Shown: one piece after another, positions 38,508 to 48,423 of the stretch | How positions within the stretch are numbered: position 1 is the first letter of the stretch | Layout of the letters: each line of letters begins with the position of its first letter | Source: an uncultured Acidobacteriota bacterium | Lineage (GTDB): Bacteria; Acidobacteriota; Thermoanaerobaculia; Gp7-AA8 | DNA: 64,000 bases | Direction: 5' to 3' | Assembly: GCA_963741955.1 (NCBI GenBank) | Contig: CAVUKB010000004.1 | Span: 320,001-384,000 of the forward strand | Translations under genes and position numbers: made by a program | The notes under the pieces: model-generated | Seen by the model: the letters and a program-made list of their open reading frames with translations, nothing else | Database searches by the model: none | What the model was told of the DNA's origin: nothing

Positions 38508-40952
38508 TCACATCACGAACCGGAGCTGCGGATTTCGTCTCTCTTCAAAGAAGAGACGAATCAGCTCGGCCGGACGTTTCGCGACCAGCTCCCGAGGAGA
38601 TTCCGAATACCAGTGGGAGGGGAAGAAACGGCTGTAGTTCGGCTGGCTGAAGCGGCGGCAGAGGAGCGCGATCACCCCGACGTCGGTCTCGCTGCGGATC
38701 ACCCGTCCCGCGGACTGGACCACCCGGGTCATCCCCGGAATCAGGTACGCGTATTCGAAGCCGGCGCCGTACTGCTGGTCGTAGTAGTACTTCAGGAGCT
38801 CCTGCTCGAATGAGACCGTCGGGAGCGCCGGACCGACGACGAAGACGCCGGAGAGCATCTCCCCCTGATAGTCGATTCCCTCCGCGTACATCCCGCCCGA
38901 CACTGCGAGCACCAGATGCCCCGGATCGGAGTGTCCGCGGAGCGCCTCGAGGAGCGAGCTCCGCTCCCAGTCGGTCATGTCGTTTCGCTGGATGATGATC
39001 TCTTTCCCGGTGGGAGGGAGCCGTTCAGAGATCTCGCGGAGAAACGCGTAGCTCGGAAAGAGCGCGAGGAAGTTGCCTGCGGCGGCGCCCGCCATCGAAG
39101 CGATGTGCTGCGCGATCGGATCGTAGTTCGCGGAGCGGTCTTTCCACACCGTGCTCACGTCCGTGACGAGCATGATCTTCCGGTTCTCGGCGGGAAAGGG
39201 TGAGGGGAGGGAGAGCTCCGCACAGCGGTCCTCGGGAAACCCGAGGGTCCGGCGGTAGAACTCGAACGGCTCGAGGGTCGCTGAGATGGCGATCGTCGCA
39301 TGCGACGACTCGAGGATTTTCCGGAGAAATCGCGAGGGGTCCTTGCAGAAGATCTTCAGCCGCGTTCCCTCGCGCCCTTTCTCCACCAGATGCGAGAACT
39401 CCTCCCCCTGTTCCATCACCAGGTTGGAAAACCGGACCAGCGCGAAGTAGAAATCGAGGAGCGGGTCGTCCTCCTCGGCGATCCGGTTCTCGATCTTCCA
39501 GCCGATGTACCGGATGATCAGTTTCTCCCACTCCACGCGTTGATCGAGAAACATCTGCCGGTCGAATTCGCAGAGGGCCTGAGTGGCTCCCGGAGTCTGC
39601 TCGATCAGGCTCGCGAGCTCCGCGAAATGCTCCCGCAGAGAGTCGATCAGTTCTTCCCATCCCTCGAGCTGACAGCCGGGGCGGGTCAGGAGATGCTCGC
39701 GGATCCGCTCGAACGACGATTGCTCCAGAACCGGCGAGTAGTATCCGCGCCCGCGGTCGACGAGGTTGTGCGCCTCGTCGATCACCAGCACGAACTCCTC
39801 GTGATCGGACTCCTGCTGATACGCCTTCAGGCCGACGTACGGATCGAAGATGTAGTTGTAGTCGCAGACCACCACGTCCGCCTGCTCGATCAGCTCGAGC
39901 GAAACCTCGAACGGGCAGACCTCCTCCGCCTTCGACATCTCGAAGACGTCGGAGGGATCGAAATACGTCATGGTGTCGACCAGATGAGCGACGAGGTTGT
40001 TCTTCTGCATCTTCTCCGCGTAGCCGGCTGCGAAAGGGCAGAAGTCCTCGTGACAGATCATCTCGGTGTGCGCACACATCTTCTTCTTCGCCCGGATGCG
40101 GAGGGTACGGAACGACCCGTCATTGAGGAGCCGGAGGGTCGAGACTGCCATCTCCTGTTGCAGCGTCTTCGGAGTGAGGATGAAGAGCTTCTTTCCGAGC
40201 CGCAGTGATTCTCTCAGCGCCGGATAGATGGCGGCGATGGTTTTCCCGACGCCGGTGGGCGCGGAAACGAGGAGAGTCTCGCGCTCCGCGACGGCACTGC
40301 CGACCGCGTCGATCATCTCCTTCTGGTAGGGACGGAGAGCGGTGAACGGGAACTGCAGTCCGTCCGCGAACTGCCGCTTCGCGATCTGGAGCGTCCGCTC
40401 CGCGGAGGTTCTGGCGACCAGTTCGCGGAGCGAGCTCTCGAACGTCGCCGCCACGTTCTCCTGGTCGAACGGCGCCTCGACGATCTCGGTGTCGCCGCCG
40501 ACCAGGTCGATCAGCACCAGCTGCGGCTCGATGCTGAACCCCTCGTAATCCGGCATCCGGGAGAGAAAGAGCGCGTAGAGCATCAACTGGTAGAGATGAC
40601 GCTGGAGCTTCTCCGAGCGTGCGAGCGCTTCGAGCTCCAGCTCGAAGTGGAGCGACTTCACCTCTTCGACCAGGATGTGGTTTCTCTCGCGGTCGACCGA
40701 CAATCCATCGATGCGGCCGGCGACGGTCACACTCCAGCCGTCGATCTCGACGGTATGTGAGACGACGACCTCGGGGCGGTAGAAGGGATCGTCCGCGGCG
40801 CGCGCTTCCGCGCGGGCGAGGTGGATGTCCTGGCCGATCCACATCCGGCGGAATCCTTCGCCGCGCTCGGCCCCGATCCGGCGGTAAGTCTGCGGGTAGA
40901 CGAGGTCGCCGACCGAGCAGACGATCTCCCGCGCTTCGTAGTCGATCCGCAT
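38508..40952 (-). CDS. DinG/XPD-family Fe-S helicase with N-terminal PD-(D/E)XK (RecB/Cas4-like) nuclease domain
   Basis: GRIDG..EEVKS..QLMLY; APTGVGKT; C-x6-C-x4-C..CPFE; DEAHNL; QSAGRVIRS. Confidence 0.92.
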   Translation of the reverse strand: MRIDYEAREIVCSVGDLVYPQTYRRIGAERGEGFRRMWIGQDIHLARAEARAADDPFYRPEVVVSHTVEIDGWSVTVAGRIDGLSVDRERNHILVEEVKSLHFELELEALARSEKLQRHLYQLMLYALFLSRMPDYEGFSIEPQLVLIDLVGGDTEIVEAPFDQENVAATFESSLRELVARTSAERTLQIAKRQFADGLQFPFTALRPYQKEMIDAVGSAVAERETLLVSAPTGVGKTIAAIYPALRESLRLGKKLFILTPKTLQQEMAVSTLRLLNDGSFRTLRIRAKKKMCAHTEMICHEDFCPFAAGYAEKMQKNNLVAHLVDTMTYFDPSDVFEMSKAEEVCPFEVSLELIEQADVVVCDYNYIFDPYVGLKAYQQESDHEEFVLVIDEAHNLVDRGRGYYSPVLEQSSFERIREHLLTRPGCQLEGWEELIDSLREHFAELASLIEQTPGATQALCEFDRQMFLDQRVEWEKLIIRYIGWKIENRIAEEDDPLLDFYFALVRFSNLVMEQGEEFSHLVEKGREGTRLKIFCKDPSRFLRKILESSHATIAISATLEPFEFYRRTLGFPEDRCAELSLPSPFPAENRKIMLVTDVSTVWKDRSANYDPIAQHIASMAGAAAGNFLALFPSYAFLREISERLPPTGKEIIIQRNDMTDWERSSLLEALRGHSDPGHLVLAVSGGMYAEGIDYQGEMLSGVFVVGPALPTVSFEQELLKYYYDQQYGAGFEYAYLIPGMTRVVQSAGRVIRSETDVGVIALLCRRFSQPNYSRFFPSHWYSESPRELVAKRPAELIRLFFEERRNPQLRFVM

Positions 40953-40988
40953 GGGTCTATAGGTTAGCAGGTTTCACCCGAGCGGCAG

Positions 40989-41260
40989 GTGGTGCGACCG
41001 TCTCGGTCGCATCGGGAGTCGGTTGCAGCGAGGCGATTTCGTAGTGGCGACGGAATGCGAACGCGAGTGACGGTTCCGGCGCGGTTTCTGCGCTTGCGCC
41101 GTGCTATCGAGACGCTCGCACCACGGCTTGAGCTGAGCTATCGAGACGCTCGCACCACGGCTTGAGCTGTGCGACCGAGACGCTCGCACCACGGCTTGAG
41201 CTGAGCTATCGAGACGCTCGCACCACGGCTTGAGCTGTGCGACCGAGACGCTCGCACCAC
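40989..41260. repeat. REP plus about 5 x 34-bp tandem copies of its inverted partner
   Basis: gtggtgcgaccgtctcggtcgca at 40989; units gc(tat/gac)cgagacgctcgcaccacggcttgagctg(a/t) at 41103, 41137, 41171, 41205, 41239. Confidence 0.93.
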
Positions 41261-41362
41261 CGAGCTCGCTCCGCCCGTCGTGCCACCCGCCACGTCGCGG
41301 CCGTGCTGCCGCGTCACGGGAGGGACTCGTGAGCGCGGAGCACGGCCGGACGACCGCAGGCT

Positions 41363-42331
41363 TCAGCGCGTGACCGGCTGCGCGCGCTGAATCTCGCCGA
41401 GGGAACGGGCGCTCGCGGAGACGCGACGGGCGATCTGGAGATCGAGGCGCTTTCCGACGATCGGGTTCGCCGACGCCGCAGTCAGCGTCTTCCCGGTGGG
41501 GTAGAGCGCATGCCCGGTCGCCAGCAACACCGGATTCTTGTAAATGGCATCCCCGGAGCGGTTGTCGACCACGGATGCGTATGGGAAGACCACTGCGTCG
41601 CCGAGCGGATCGTTGTCGATCCAGAACTCGAGGGAGCCGCCGTTGAGATCAGTGTCCGCGAGGGCCTGTGAGAGCGGAAACTGCTCCAGTCCCTGCGGCT
41701 CGACATTGAACGGTATCGACTCTCCCACCTGACTTCCGTCGGCATCGTAGACCGCAACCATCACCTCGATACTCGAACGGCTGAGGTTCAGAACACCGAC
41801 GTTCGTGCGGTAACCGATCCGATAGGCAGGGTAGTCGTCGTTCGTGACGCCGTTGGCGATCGCGGTGATGCCGTCGGCCTGAAGGCCCACCCATGTACCG
41901 GGGATGGACTGGCCATACGTCCCGGAAGAGGCGTTGTTGTACGTACGACTGGTGACGAGGAAAGCCCGAGCGACCACGGTGTCCGGCACGGTCGGGTTGT
42001 CCTCGGGAAACGTCGCGAGGAGGATCCCGCCGGCTCCCGTGACCTGGAACAGATCATTCAGCGCGTTCGGCACTGTGAACGTCTCGTTTGCGTACACCGG
42101 AAACGTGACCTCGATCCCCTGGCTGCCTCCTTTAGGGATGAAGTCGGCACGGACCTTCAGCGTGTAACCCTGGGGATTGAAGATGTTCAGCTCGGTGACC
42201 CATTTCGTTCCGTTCGCACCGAGCGTATAGCCGGCGACCGGGATGACGTAGGTGTCGTTGACCTGAGCGAGGAGGGGAAGCGAACAGACTGAGAGCGTGA
42301 GAACGAGGAGAAACAGCTTCGTTTGTCTCAT
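41363..42331 (-). CDS. Secreted hypothetical protein (DUF5719-like beta domain, tentative)
   Basis: Signal peptide; YVIPVAG..GANGTKWVTELNIFNP; YRTNVGVLN; YASVVDNRSGD. Confidence 0.8.
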   Translation of the reverse strand: MRQTKLFLLVLTLSVCSLPLLAQVNDTYVIPVAGYTLGANGTKWVTELNIFNPQGYTLKVRADFIPKGGSQGIEVTFPVYANETFTVPNALNDLFQVTGAGGILLATFPEDNPTVPDTVVARAFLVTSRTYNNASSGTYGQSIPGTWVGLQADGITAIANGVTNDDYPAYRIGYRTNVGVLNLSRSSIEVMVAVYDADGSQVGESIPFNVEPQGLEQFPLSQALADTDLNGGSLEFWIDNDPLGDAVVFPYASVVDNRSGDAIYKNPVLLATGHALYPTGKTLTAASANPIVGKRLDLQIARRVSASARSLGEIQRAQPVTR

Positions 42332-42405
42332 TTTGTACCCTTTCGGGGTACCGGCATTCGGAACAACGACGGACCGTCGAATGACATTCCCGGAACCGGG
42401 GAGTA

Positions 42406-43740
42406 GTGGGTTGGGCGTCCTCGCCCGATGCGATGCGGCGTCCCGCGCCGCATTGCCTGGGGCAAGCTACGACGATCCTCCCGAGAAGGGAGACACGAAC
42501 CCACCGCGGCGCGAGAGGAACGACACGCGTGACGTTGACGGCATCGCTCCCCGGCACGACGCCGGGGAGCATGTGGGTTGGGCGTCCTCGCCCGATGCGA
42601 TGCGGCGTCCCGCGCCGCATTGCCCGGGGCAAGCTACGACGATCCTCCCGAGAAGGGAGACACGAACCCACCGCGGCGCGAGAGGAACGACCCGCGTGAC
42701 GTTGACGCCATCGCTCCCCGGCACGACGCCGGGGAGCATGTGGGTTGGGCGTCCTCGCCCGATGCGATGCGGCGTCCCGCGCCGCATTGCCTGGGGCAAG
42801 CTACGACGATCCTCCCGAGAAGGGAGACACGAACCCACCGCGGCGCGAGAGGAACGACCCGCGTGACGTTGACGCCATCGCTCCCCGGCACGATGCCGGG
42901 GAGCATGTGGGTTGGGCGTCCTCGCCCGATGCGATGCGGCGTCCCGCGCCGCATTGCCCGGGGCAAGCTACGACGATCCTCCCGAGAAGGGAGACACGAA
43001 CCCACCGCGGCGCGAGAGGAACGATCCGCGTGACGTTGACGCCATCGCTCCCCGGCACGATGCCGGGGAGCAGTGGGTTGGGCGTCCTCGCCCGATGCAA
43101 TGCGGCGTCCCGCGCCGCATTGCCCGGGGCAAGCTACGACGATCCTCCCGAGAAGGGAGACACGAACCCACCGCGGCGGGAGAGGAACGATCCGCGTGAC
43201 GTTGACGCCATCGCTCCCCGGCACGATGCCGGGGAGCATGCGATGCGGCGTCCCGCGCCCGATGCGATGCGGCGTCCCGCGCCGCATTGCCTGGGGCAAG
43301 CTACGACGATCCTCCCGAGAAGGGAGACACGAACCCACCGCGGCGGGAGAGGAACGATCCGCGTGACGTTGACGCCATCGCTCCCCGGCACGATGCCGGG
43401 GAGCATGTGGGTTGGGCGTCCTCGCCCGATGCGATGCGGCGTCCCGCGCCGCATTGCCTGGGGCAAGCTACGACGATCCTCCCGAGAAGGGAGACACGAA
43501 CCCACCGCGGCGCGAGAGGAACGACACGCGTGACGTTGACGCCATCGCTCCCCGGCACGATGCCGGGGAGCATGTGGGTTGGGCGTCCTCGCCCGATGCG
43601 ATGCGGCGCCCCGCGCCGCATCGCCCGGGGCAAGCTACGACGATCCTCCCGAGAAGGGAGACACGAACCCACCGCGGCGGGAGAGGAACGATCCGCGTGA
43701 CGTTGACGCCATCGCTCCCCGGCACCATGCCGGGGAGCCT
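42406..43740. repeat. Tandem array, 8 x 167 bp, of multi-hairpin units
   Basis: Units start at 42406, 42573, 42740, 42907, 43073, 43240, 43407, 43574. Confidence 0.97.
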
Positions 43741-43909
43741 CGCGCAAGATGCGCGACCCACCGATGCCGGGGAGCCTCGCGCAAGATGCGCGACCCACCG
43801 ACGCCGGGGAGCCTCGCGCAAGATGCGCGACCCACCGATGCCGGGGAGCCTCGCGCAAGATGCGCGACCCACCGATGCCGGGGAGCCTCGCGCAAGATGC
43901 GCGACCCAC
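43729..43909. repeat. Tandem array, about 5 x 37 bp
   Basis: gccggggagcctcgcgcaagatgcgcgacccaccgat at 43729, 43766, 43803, 43840, 43877. Confidence 0.95.
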
Positions 43910-43987
43910 TTCTCGCGACCCACCTTGACGCGGCACTCCCGCACCCCTGGAAAATCTCCGCTCCGTCGTGAGAAGATCTCCGCCGCC

Positions 43988-45202
43988 ATGACGATGAAAC
44001 TGAGTGATCGAGTGGAGGGCTTCGCGCAGTCGGACATCCGCCGGATGTCCCGCGAGTGTGAAGCGGCCGGGGGCATCAACCTCGGGCAGGGGATCTGCGA
44101 TCTTCCGACCGAGGATCTCGTGGTCGAAGGCGCGATCGAGGCGATCCGGGGAGGGAAGGCGACCTACTCGAGATTCGAGGGGATCGACCCGCTCCGCCGG
44201 AAGATTGCCGCCAAGACCGCCGCCTACAATCGGTTCGAAGTCGATCCCGACCGGGAGATCGTCGTTACGGTCGGATCTACCGGAGGCTTTGCCGCGGCGG
44301 CGATGGCGACGCTCGATCCGGGTGACGAGGTCATCCTGTTCGAGCCGTATTACGGCTACCACCTCAACACGCTGAAAGTCCTCGGGATGGAGACGAAGGT
44401 AGTTCCGCTCGAGCCTCCCGGCTGGTCGATCGACTTTGACCGCCTCCGGGCGGCGTTCGGTCCGCGGACGCGCGGAATCGTGATCTGCACTCCTTCGAAT
44501 CCTTGTGGAAAGGTCTTCACCCGCGAGGAACTGGAGCAGATCGGAGCGCTCTGCCGCGAGCACGACGCCTGGGCGTACACCGACGAGATCTACGAATACA
44601 TCGTGTATGACGGCCGGAAGCACGTCTCAATGGCCTCGCTCGACGGCTGCCGCGACGTGACCATCACCATCTCCGGATTTTCGAAGACGTTCTCCATCAC
44701 CGGATGGCGGCTCGGGTACGTCATCGCGCCGCCGGAAGTGACGAAGGCGATCGGGTTGATCAACGATCTCTTCTACGTCTGCGCGCCGACCCCGCTTCAG
44801 TGGGGCGTTGCGCGCGGGATGGACATCGATCCCTCGTACTATTCGAAGCTCGCGACGGATTACCAGAAGAAGCGGGACATGCTCGCCGCGGCGCTCCGGG
44901 ATGGAGGTCTGACCCCACACGTGCCCGAAGGCGCCTACTACATGCTGGCGGATTTCTCCTCTCTCGGATTCGAGAGCGACAAGGAAGCCGCGGATAGCCT
45001 GCTGCGCGAGGTGGGCGTGGCCGCCGTTCCCGGATCCGCCTTCTACCTCTCCGGAGGCGGGAGCCAGATGCTTCGATTCTGTTTCGCCAAGGATTTCGAA
45101 CCGCTGGAAGAGGCCTGCCGGCGGATTCGCGCGTTTCCCGAGGCCATTACGCGACGACAGGAGCAGAAGAATGCAGGACTACTACGAGCCGAAGGTCGGT
45201 GA
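43988..45202 (+). CDS. PLP-dependent class I/II aminotransferase
   Basis: INLGQG, PSNPCGKV, TDEIYE, SGFSKTFSITGWRLGY, LRFCFAK. Confidence 0.95.
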   Translation: MTMKLSDRVEGFAQSDIRRMSRECEAAGGINLGQGICDLPTEDLVVEGAIEAIRGGKATYSRFEGIDPLRRKIAAKTAAYNRFEVDPDREIVVTVGSTGGFAAAAMATLDPGDEVILFEPYYGYHLNTLKVLGMETKVVPLEPPGWSIDFDRLRAAFGPRTRGIVICTPSNPCGKVFTREELEQIGALCREHDAWAYTDEIYEYIVYDGRKHVSMASLDGCRDVTITISGFSKTFSITGWRLGYVIAPPEVTKAIGLINDLFYVCAPTPLQWGVARGMDIDPSYYSKLATDYQKKRDMLAAALRDGGLTPHVPEGAYYMLADFSSLGFESDKEAADSLLREVGVAAVPGSAFYLSGGGSQMLRFCFAKDFEPLEEACRRIRAFPEAITRRQEQKNAGLLRAEGR

Positions 45203-45653
45203 CCGCGCTCCCGATTTCAAACTTCCCTCCACCGAAGGAAAAGAGATCAGCCTTTCCGACTTCAAGGGGAAGGACGTGATCGTCTACTTCTATCCGAAGG
45301 ACGATACGCCGGGCTGCACCGCGGAGGCCTGCTCGTTCCGCGACAGTTCCTCGGATCTGCAGAAGGCGGGACTGATTGTGCTCGGCATCTCCGCAGACCC
45401 GATGGCGAGTCACGAGAAGTTCCGTTCCAAACACAGCCTGAATTTCCCGCTTCTCTCGGACGAAACGGCCGACGTAGCGAAGATGTACGGCGTCTGGAAG
45501 GAAAAGAACCTGTACGGACGCCGCTCCTGGGGCGTCGCGCGGACGACGTACTGGATCGGAACGGACGGGCGGGTGAAGAAGGTCTACAAGAAGGTGGATA
45601 CGGCGAACCACGCGAAGGATATTCTCGAGGACGTTCGCGCATCGAAGAAGTGA
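45171..45653 (+). CDS. bcp: Thioredoxin-dependent peroxiredoxin
   Basis: YFYPKDDTPGCTAEACSFRD. Confidence 0.95.
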   Translation: MQDYYEPKVGDRAPDFKLPSTEGKEISLSDFKGKDVIVYFYPKDDTPGCTAEACSFRDSSSDLQKAGLIVLGISADPMASHEKFRSKHSLNFPLLSDETADVAKMYGVWKEKNLYGRRSWGVARTTYWIGTDGRVKKVYKKVDTANHAKDILEDVRASKK

Positions 45654-45804
45654 CCGGAGACCACGCGCGGCACGGACGTCTGTCGCAGATTCCCTCGAGT
45701 CGGCGTCGCAACCGCAGCGGCGCGGCGTCCGCCGTGCCGGCCGCGGCTTGCCGTCGCCAGTAACGGGAGAGTCACCGGAAGGCAGATGCTTCGGTTTGCG
45801 CTCC

Positions 45805-46869
45805 TTACTCCTCCGCAGGCATTTCCACGTTGGAGACGAACAACGTACGGGTGGGGAACGCGAAGTCGAGCCCGTTCTCTTCGAAGTAGCGAACCAGCTC
45901 GAGGTTGATCCGCTGCTGGATGTCCATGAAGAGGTTGTAGTCGGGCGCGAGGACGTAGTAAACGACTTCGAAGTCGAGCGACGAATCGCCGAAGCCTTTG
46001 AAGTGTGCGCGATCGAAGCGGGTCTGCTCGACCGCTTCGATGATCTGCTTCACCGCGGGCGGAAGCTTTTCGAGCTGCTCCCGGGTGGTCTGGTAGATCA
46101 CCCCGAAGCCGAAGACCACGCGCCTCTCCGCCATCCGCTTGTAGTTCCGGATGCGGCTCTTGAGAAGATCTCCGTTGGAGCAGATGATCTGCTCGCCGCC
46201 GAGGCTTCGCACCCGCGTCGTTTTCAGTCCCACGTATTCGACGGTGCCGAGAGTGTCTCCGACGATGATGAAGTCGCCGATCACGAACGGCTTGTCGATC
46301 ACGATCGACAGCGAGGCGAAGATGTCGCCGAGGATGTTCTGAGTGGCGAGAGCGACGGCGACGCCGCCGATGCCCAGGCCCGCGATCAGGGTGGTGACGT
46401 CGAACCCGAGATTGTCGAGCGCCATCAGGACGACGATGGACCAGACCGCGATCTTGATCAGGACGGAGAATGCGGTGATGGTGGTGACGGCCCCGGCGTC
46501 ATGTTCGATCTTGGCCCTTTTGTAGCGGGTCAGCCAGTAGACGACCAGCCCGTTCGCCCAGATCCCCGCCTGGAGAAGAAATGCGACGATGGCGATGTCG
46601 CGCAGCACCGCGTCGGCTTTGTGGGGTAGCTCGAGTGCCCGCAGGGCGAAGAAGAGGACCGGAAAAAAGAGAAGGAAGATTCTCGTGCGCCGGGTCAGGT
46701 CGAGAACGAGATCGTCGATGTCGGTCGCGGTCTCCTTCGCGCGACTGAGCTTCCTCGCGAGAAAACTCCGGATCAGGCCGACCAACAGCAGCGAGACGAC
46801 GATCACGCCGGCCGCGATCAGCCACGCACGAATGGAGTTGCCGTAGAACGTGTACTCGAGCCAGTTCAT
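45805..46869 (-). CDS. MscS-family mechanosensitive channel
   Basis: AGLGIGGVAVALATQNIL, DKPFVIGDFI, GLKTTR, FAFPTRT. Confidence 0.95.
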   Translation of the reverse strand: MNWLEYTFYGNSIRAWLIAAGVIVVSLLLVGLIRSFLARKLSRAKETATDIDDLVLDLTRRTRIFLLFFPVLFFALRALELPHKADAVLRDIAIVAFLLQAGIWANGLVVYWLTRYKRAKIEHDAGAVTTITAFSVLIKIAVWSIVVLMALDNLGFDVTTLIAGLGIGGVAVALATQNILGDIFASLSIVIDKPFVIGDFIIVGDTLGTVEYVGLKTTRVRSLGGEQIICSNGDLLKSRIRNYKRMAERRVVFGFGVIYQTTREQLEKLPPAVKQIIEAVEQTRFDRAHFKGFGDSSLDFEVVYYVLAPDYNLFMDIQQRINLELVRYFEENGLDFAFPTRTLFVSNVEMPAEE

Positions 46870-47046
46870 GGTTCTCCTTCTACAGATATCACAGGCATCC
46901 GCGTTTCGCCCAAATCGCGCGAATCGACCGCAGGCCGTCGCTCCGCGGCTCGCCCGAGTCGCGGAATGAGCTCACGCCGAGGATATTGCCGGGTGAACCT
47001 TCTGATTGGCGAATTCGCGCAATTCGCGCAATTCGCGCAATTCTTT

Positions 47047-48423
47047 CTAATCCGCGACCGGTTCGAATCGCGCCGTGAAGTGTCGCAGCACGCGGGGCGA
47101 GTGCGTGATTCGCCAGCCGCGCAACGTCTCCCGCTTCCGGAACACCTCCAGGACCACTTCGGCCACGTAGTTGATGTGGGCCTCGGTGTAGACCCGCCGC
47201 GGGATCGCCAGCCGTACCAGATCCATCGGCCCCGCCGTCTCGCTCCCGTCCGGATGGAGTCCGAACATCACCGTTCCGATCTCCACCCCTCGCACGCCGC
47301 CTTCGAGATAGAGCGCGTTGGTGAGCGCGATCCCGGGATACTGCAGCGGCGGAATGTGGGGAAGCATGCCGCGTGCGTCGATGTAGACCGCATGTCCGCC
47401 GGTCGGACGGATGATCGGAACTCCCGCTGCCGTGAGCTTCTCGCCGAGGTACTCGACAGAACGGATGCGGTAACGGAGATACGACTCTTCGACCACTTCC
47501 CTAAGCCCCTGGGCGATCGCTTCGAGGTCGTACCCGGCCAGGCCTCCGTAAGTCGGGAAACCCTCCGTGAGGATCAGGAGGTTCCGCGCGTTCTCCGCCC
47601 ACTCGTCACTGTTCATCGCGAGGAACCCGCCGATGTTCGCCAGCCCGTCCTTCTTTGCCGACATGGTGCAGCCGTCGGCCAGAGAGAACATCTCCTGGGC
47701 GATCTCTTTCGGCGTCTTCTGCTCGTAGCCCGATTCGCGCTGCTTGATGAAGTACGCGTTCTCGGCGAAGCGGCAGGCGTCCAGGAAGAACGGCTTGCGG
47801 TACTTGTCGCAGATCTTCCGGACTCCGCGGAGGTTCTCCATCGAGACCGGCTGTCCGCCGCCGGAGTTGTTCGTCACCGTGACCATCACCACCGGGATAC
47901 GATCGCCGCGTTCGGCGAGGAGCCGGTCGAGCGCGTCCAGATCGATGTTCCCTTTGAACGGGTGAATCTTCTCCGGGATGCGTCCCTCCGCGATCACCAG
48001 GTCGATCGCTTCGGCCTTCTCGACTTCGATGTTCGCGCGGGTGGTGTCGAAGTGATTGTTGTTGGGGACGACACTACCCGGCTCGAGGATGGTGTGGAAG
48101 AGGATCCGTTCCGCGGCGCGTCCCTGATGGGTGGGGATGATGTGCTTGAATCCTGTGATCTCGCGGACCGAATCTTCGAAACGGTAGAACGAGCGGCTCC
48201 CGGCGTACGACTCGTCTCCCTGCATGATGGCGCCCCATTGCGCGGCGGACATCGCTCCGGTCCCGGAGTCGGTGAGGAGGTCGATCAGTACGTTTTCGGC
48301 GCGGAGGAGAAAGACGTTGTTCCCGGCTTCCCGGAGAGCGATCTCCCGATCTTCACGGTGGAGAAAATTGATCGCTTCAACGGACTTGATCCGGAAGGGC
48401 TCGATAATCGTCTGGTACGGCAT
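47047..48423 (-). CDS. tnaA: Tryptophanase (beta-eliminating lyase family)
   Basis: EPFRIKSVE, IDLLTDSGT, GDESYAGS, MSAKKD (tyrosine phenol-lyase typically has SGKKD), RLAIPRRVY, LRHFTARF. Confidence 0.85.
   Translation of the reverse strand: MPYQTIIEPFRIKSVEAINFLHREDREIALREAGNNVFLLRAENVLIDLLTDSGTGAMSAAQWGAIMQGDESYAGSRSFYRFEDSVREITGFKHIIPTHQGRAAERILFHTILEPGSVVPNNNHFDTTRANIEVEKAEAIDLVIAEGRIPEKIHPFKGNIDLDALDRLLAERGDRIPVVMVTVTNNSGGGQPVSMENLRGVRKICDKYRKPFFLDACRFAENAYFIKQRESGYEQKTPKEIAQEMFSLADGCTMSAKKDGLANIGGFLAMNSDEWAENARNLLILTEGFPTYGGLAGYDLEAIAQGLREVVEESYLRYRIRSVEYLGEKLTAAGVPIIRPTGGHAVYIDARGMLPHIPPLQYPGIALTNALYLEGGVRGVEIGTVMFGLHPDGSETAGPMDLVRLAIPRRVYTEAHINYVAEVVLEVFRKRETLRGWRITHSPRVLRHFTARFEPVAD

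Noticed and set aside
41103-41260. CRISPR array next to a Cas4-like/DinG gene (type IV-like system)
   Set aside because: The 34-bp units are contiguous with no unique spacers, derive from a REP found elsewhere, and no cas5/6/7 or cas1/2 genes are present
43729-43909. CRISPR or TIGR-like guide array (37-bp period)
   Set aside because: Units are essentially identical, with no variable spacer segments and no Nop-domain or cas gene nearby
42132-43987. ORFs in the 167-bp array and the long N-terminal extension of the aminotransferase (from 43412)
   Set aside because: Repeat-derived; family similarity begins at 43988
47009-47043. Short (aattcgcgc)n repeat after tnaA
   Set aside because: Only 3-4 copies; too little to assign a function
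47047-48423. Tyrosine phenol-lyase assignment
   Set aside because: The PLP-lysine context SAKKD favours tryptophanase; not excluded without phylogeny or assay
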